From NCBI RefSeq assembly GCF_964213995.1, contig NC_135821.1, forward strand, positions 51,274,001 through 51,338,000: a stretch of DNA of 64,000 nt, read 5' to 3'. The position numbers were made by a program, and so were the translations under genes. Source of the DNA: Mustelus asterias (lineage: Eukaryota). Positions 61,972 to 64,000 of this stretch are shown here, one piece after another (position 1 is the first letter of the stretch; every line of letters begins with the position of its first letter). The notes beneath the pieces are model-generated. The model saw only the letters and a program-made list of their open reading frames with translations. It had not been told where the DNA came from and ran no database searches.

Positions 61972-63448
61972 GGAGTGAATATTGGAAGAAATCGTTCACA
62001 AATTGTGGACTATTTGTATGATGCTGTGTATTAGGTTTCAAACCTTAAAAATACAGCACCAGGATGGGACTGAATAATGGTCAGAATAGAGCAAATTTAA
62101 TACATTCACATTGCAGGACAAGGTTGGGTTGTTCAAGCATTTTTAAAATCCATACAAGACAACTTTCATTCTATTCTCTTCATCAATCTTCTCTGTTACT
62201 TCCAAAAATTCGATCAGATAGGTCACGCCTTTAACAAATCCATTATTTAATTAATTCAAACCTCTTGTGTACCTGTTGTTTGTATTCCCCAATTATTATT
62301 TCCGAAACCTTATTCACCATGGATGTTAAACTGACTGGCCTGTAGTTACGAGGAATGTGTTTGCCCCCTCTCTCGGCATTCTCCATCCTCTACCACAGGG
62401 TTTTCTGCTGTGGGATACATCCAGAGGTTCCCAGGAATCCAGGATGTATAAAATTTTGAAAAATGCTATGAGGTAATCAGAAACTGGTTTCCTCCTGCAT
62501 TGGCTGCTGATAGGCTCACTAGCTAATCTTTTTGGTGGTTAACTATGTTCCTATGGCCCAGTTCCAGGCCCCTGCCTTGGCCAGAGGCTAAGTCCAGTTT
62601 GGTTAATGATGCATGCAAGGTTGGTTCAGGGCTGACCCAGTTCCCACCCATCCCCGGCTGTCCATGGTGCTCTTCCAGGGCTCTAACCGGGGAAAATCCA
62701 GTCCCTTACACAAGGGGAAGCGAGCCATGGCCAGGTGTCAGGCCGCCACTTTTCCACCGGCCGAAAAAAGGACAAAAATCTGAAGAAATTCGAGCCCAAA
62801 CAACTGTCCAGGCGGCAGCCCGGGTCGGTCTCCACAATCCTGGAAGCTCGAGCAGGCTTCTGGAATAGAAAGCCAATTTTCGATTTTCCACCTCCTTGGG
62901 AGTGAATATTGGAAGAAATCGTTCACAAATTGTGGACTATTTGTATGATACTGTGTATTAGGTTTCAAACCTAAAAAATACAGCACCAGGATGGTATTGA
63001 ATAATGGTCAGAATAAAGCAAATCTAATACATTCACATTGCAGGACAAGGTTGGGTTCTTCAAACTTTCTTAAAATCCATATAAAACAACATTCATTCTA
63101 TTCCCTTCATCAATCTTTGTTACTTCCAAAAATTCGATCAGATAGGTCACACCTTTAACAAGTCCATTATTTAATTCATTCAAACCTCTTGTGTACTTGT
63201 TGATTGTATTCTCCAATTAATGTTTCCGTAACCTTATCCACCATGGATGTTGAACTGACTAGTCTGTAGTTACGAGAAATGTGTTTGCCCCCTCTCTTGG
63301 CCATCATCTACCTCAGGGTTTTCTGCTGTGGGATACATCCAGAGGTTCCCGGGAGACCAGAGTGATGTATAAAATTTTGAAAAATGCTATGAGGTTGTAA
63401 TCAGAAACTTGTTTCCCCCTGATTTGGCTGCTAATAGGCTCACTAGCT
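61972..63448. repeat. ~550-bp direct duplication (61972-62524 and 62899-63448)
   Basis: Both copies run from GGAGTGAATATTGGAAGAAATCG to AGGCTCACTAGCT; roughly 90% similar by eye. Confidence 0.93.
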
Positions 63449-63777
63449 GTTTAAATGTTTATTTTATTAGTGTCACACGTAAGCTTACATTAACACTGCA
63501 ATGAAGTTACTGTGAAAATCAGGAAAGGCTCACTAGCTTAGACAAGCTGAAATCAATAGGAAAGGCTTATTAAACAAACTGGAATCAGCAGGAAAGTAAG
63601 TCCTCCAAGGTTGGGGTGAGAGAAAGGGAGAGTGGACGGTGGAGCGAGGTAGGCAACAACCTTGGGACAGGAGGACCAGTGACCTTGGAATGAGGGAGGA
63701 AGCGGTCACGGAACAGGGGAGAGAGAATATGTGTGCCTGTGTGGAAGAGAGGGAGGAGTGTGAATGAGAGGGGAGTT

Positions 63778-64000
63778 GGGCGGCACAGTGATTAGCACTG
63801 CTGCCTCACAGCTCCACGGTCCCGGGTTCAATTCCAGCTTCAGGTCAGTGTGTGGAGTTTGCACGTTCTCCCCGTGTCTGGGTTTCCTCCGCATGCTCCA
63901 GTTTCCTCCCACAGTCCAAAGATGTGCGGGTTAGGTGGATTGGCTATGCTAAATTGCCCCTTAGTGTCCTGGGATGTGTAGGTTAGCAGGGATAGGGGTG
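63778..64000 (+). mobile_element. HE1 SINE cut by the window end
   Basis: GGGCGGCACAGTGATTAGCAC head and core. Confidence 0.9.

Overview
This is vertebrate (shark-like) genomic DNA, judged from HE1/V-type SINEs, CR1 LINEs, a Deu-domain SINE and Penelope fragments. Two host genes lie on the minus strand. ZBTB8A has three coding exons (490 aa) under a CpG island containing a 15-unit minisatellite. Tissue alpha-L-fucosidase (FUCA1, GH29) is tandemly duplicated: copy A is complete (8 exons, 17129-36791, 454 aa, all GT-AG, open frame), and copy B shows exon 1 (3427-3782) with its intron 1 running off the left edge. The most striking signal is that the two 356-nt first exons are identical except for 9 substitutions (5 amino-acid changes) packed into 44 nt at the EWFWW active-site segment, while distal intron 1 is heavily diverged. 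This suggests gene conversion that spares a functionally diverged patch. Other points of interest: a decayed retrovirus-like element with an apparent extra ORF and a ~100-nt hairpin upstream of gag; Penelope-borne minimal hammerhead motifs, one with a compensatory U3-A8 core; copy-specific TE insertions in the FUCA1 promoter and next to splice sites; and nested Gypsy/CR1/Penelope/solo-LTR insertions. All calls were made by eye with no database searches. TE boundaries are approximate unless a TSD is quoted.
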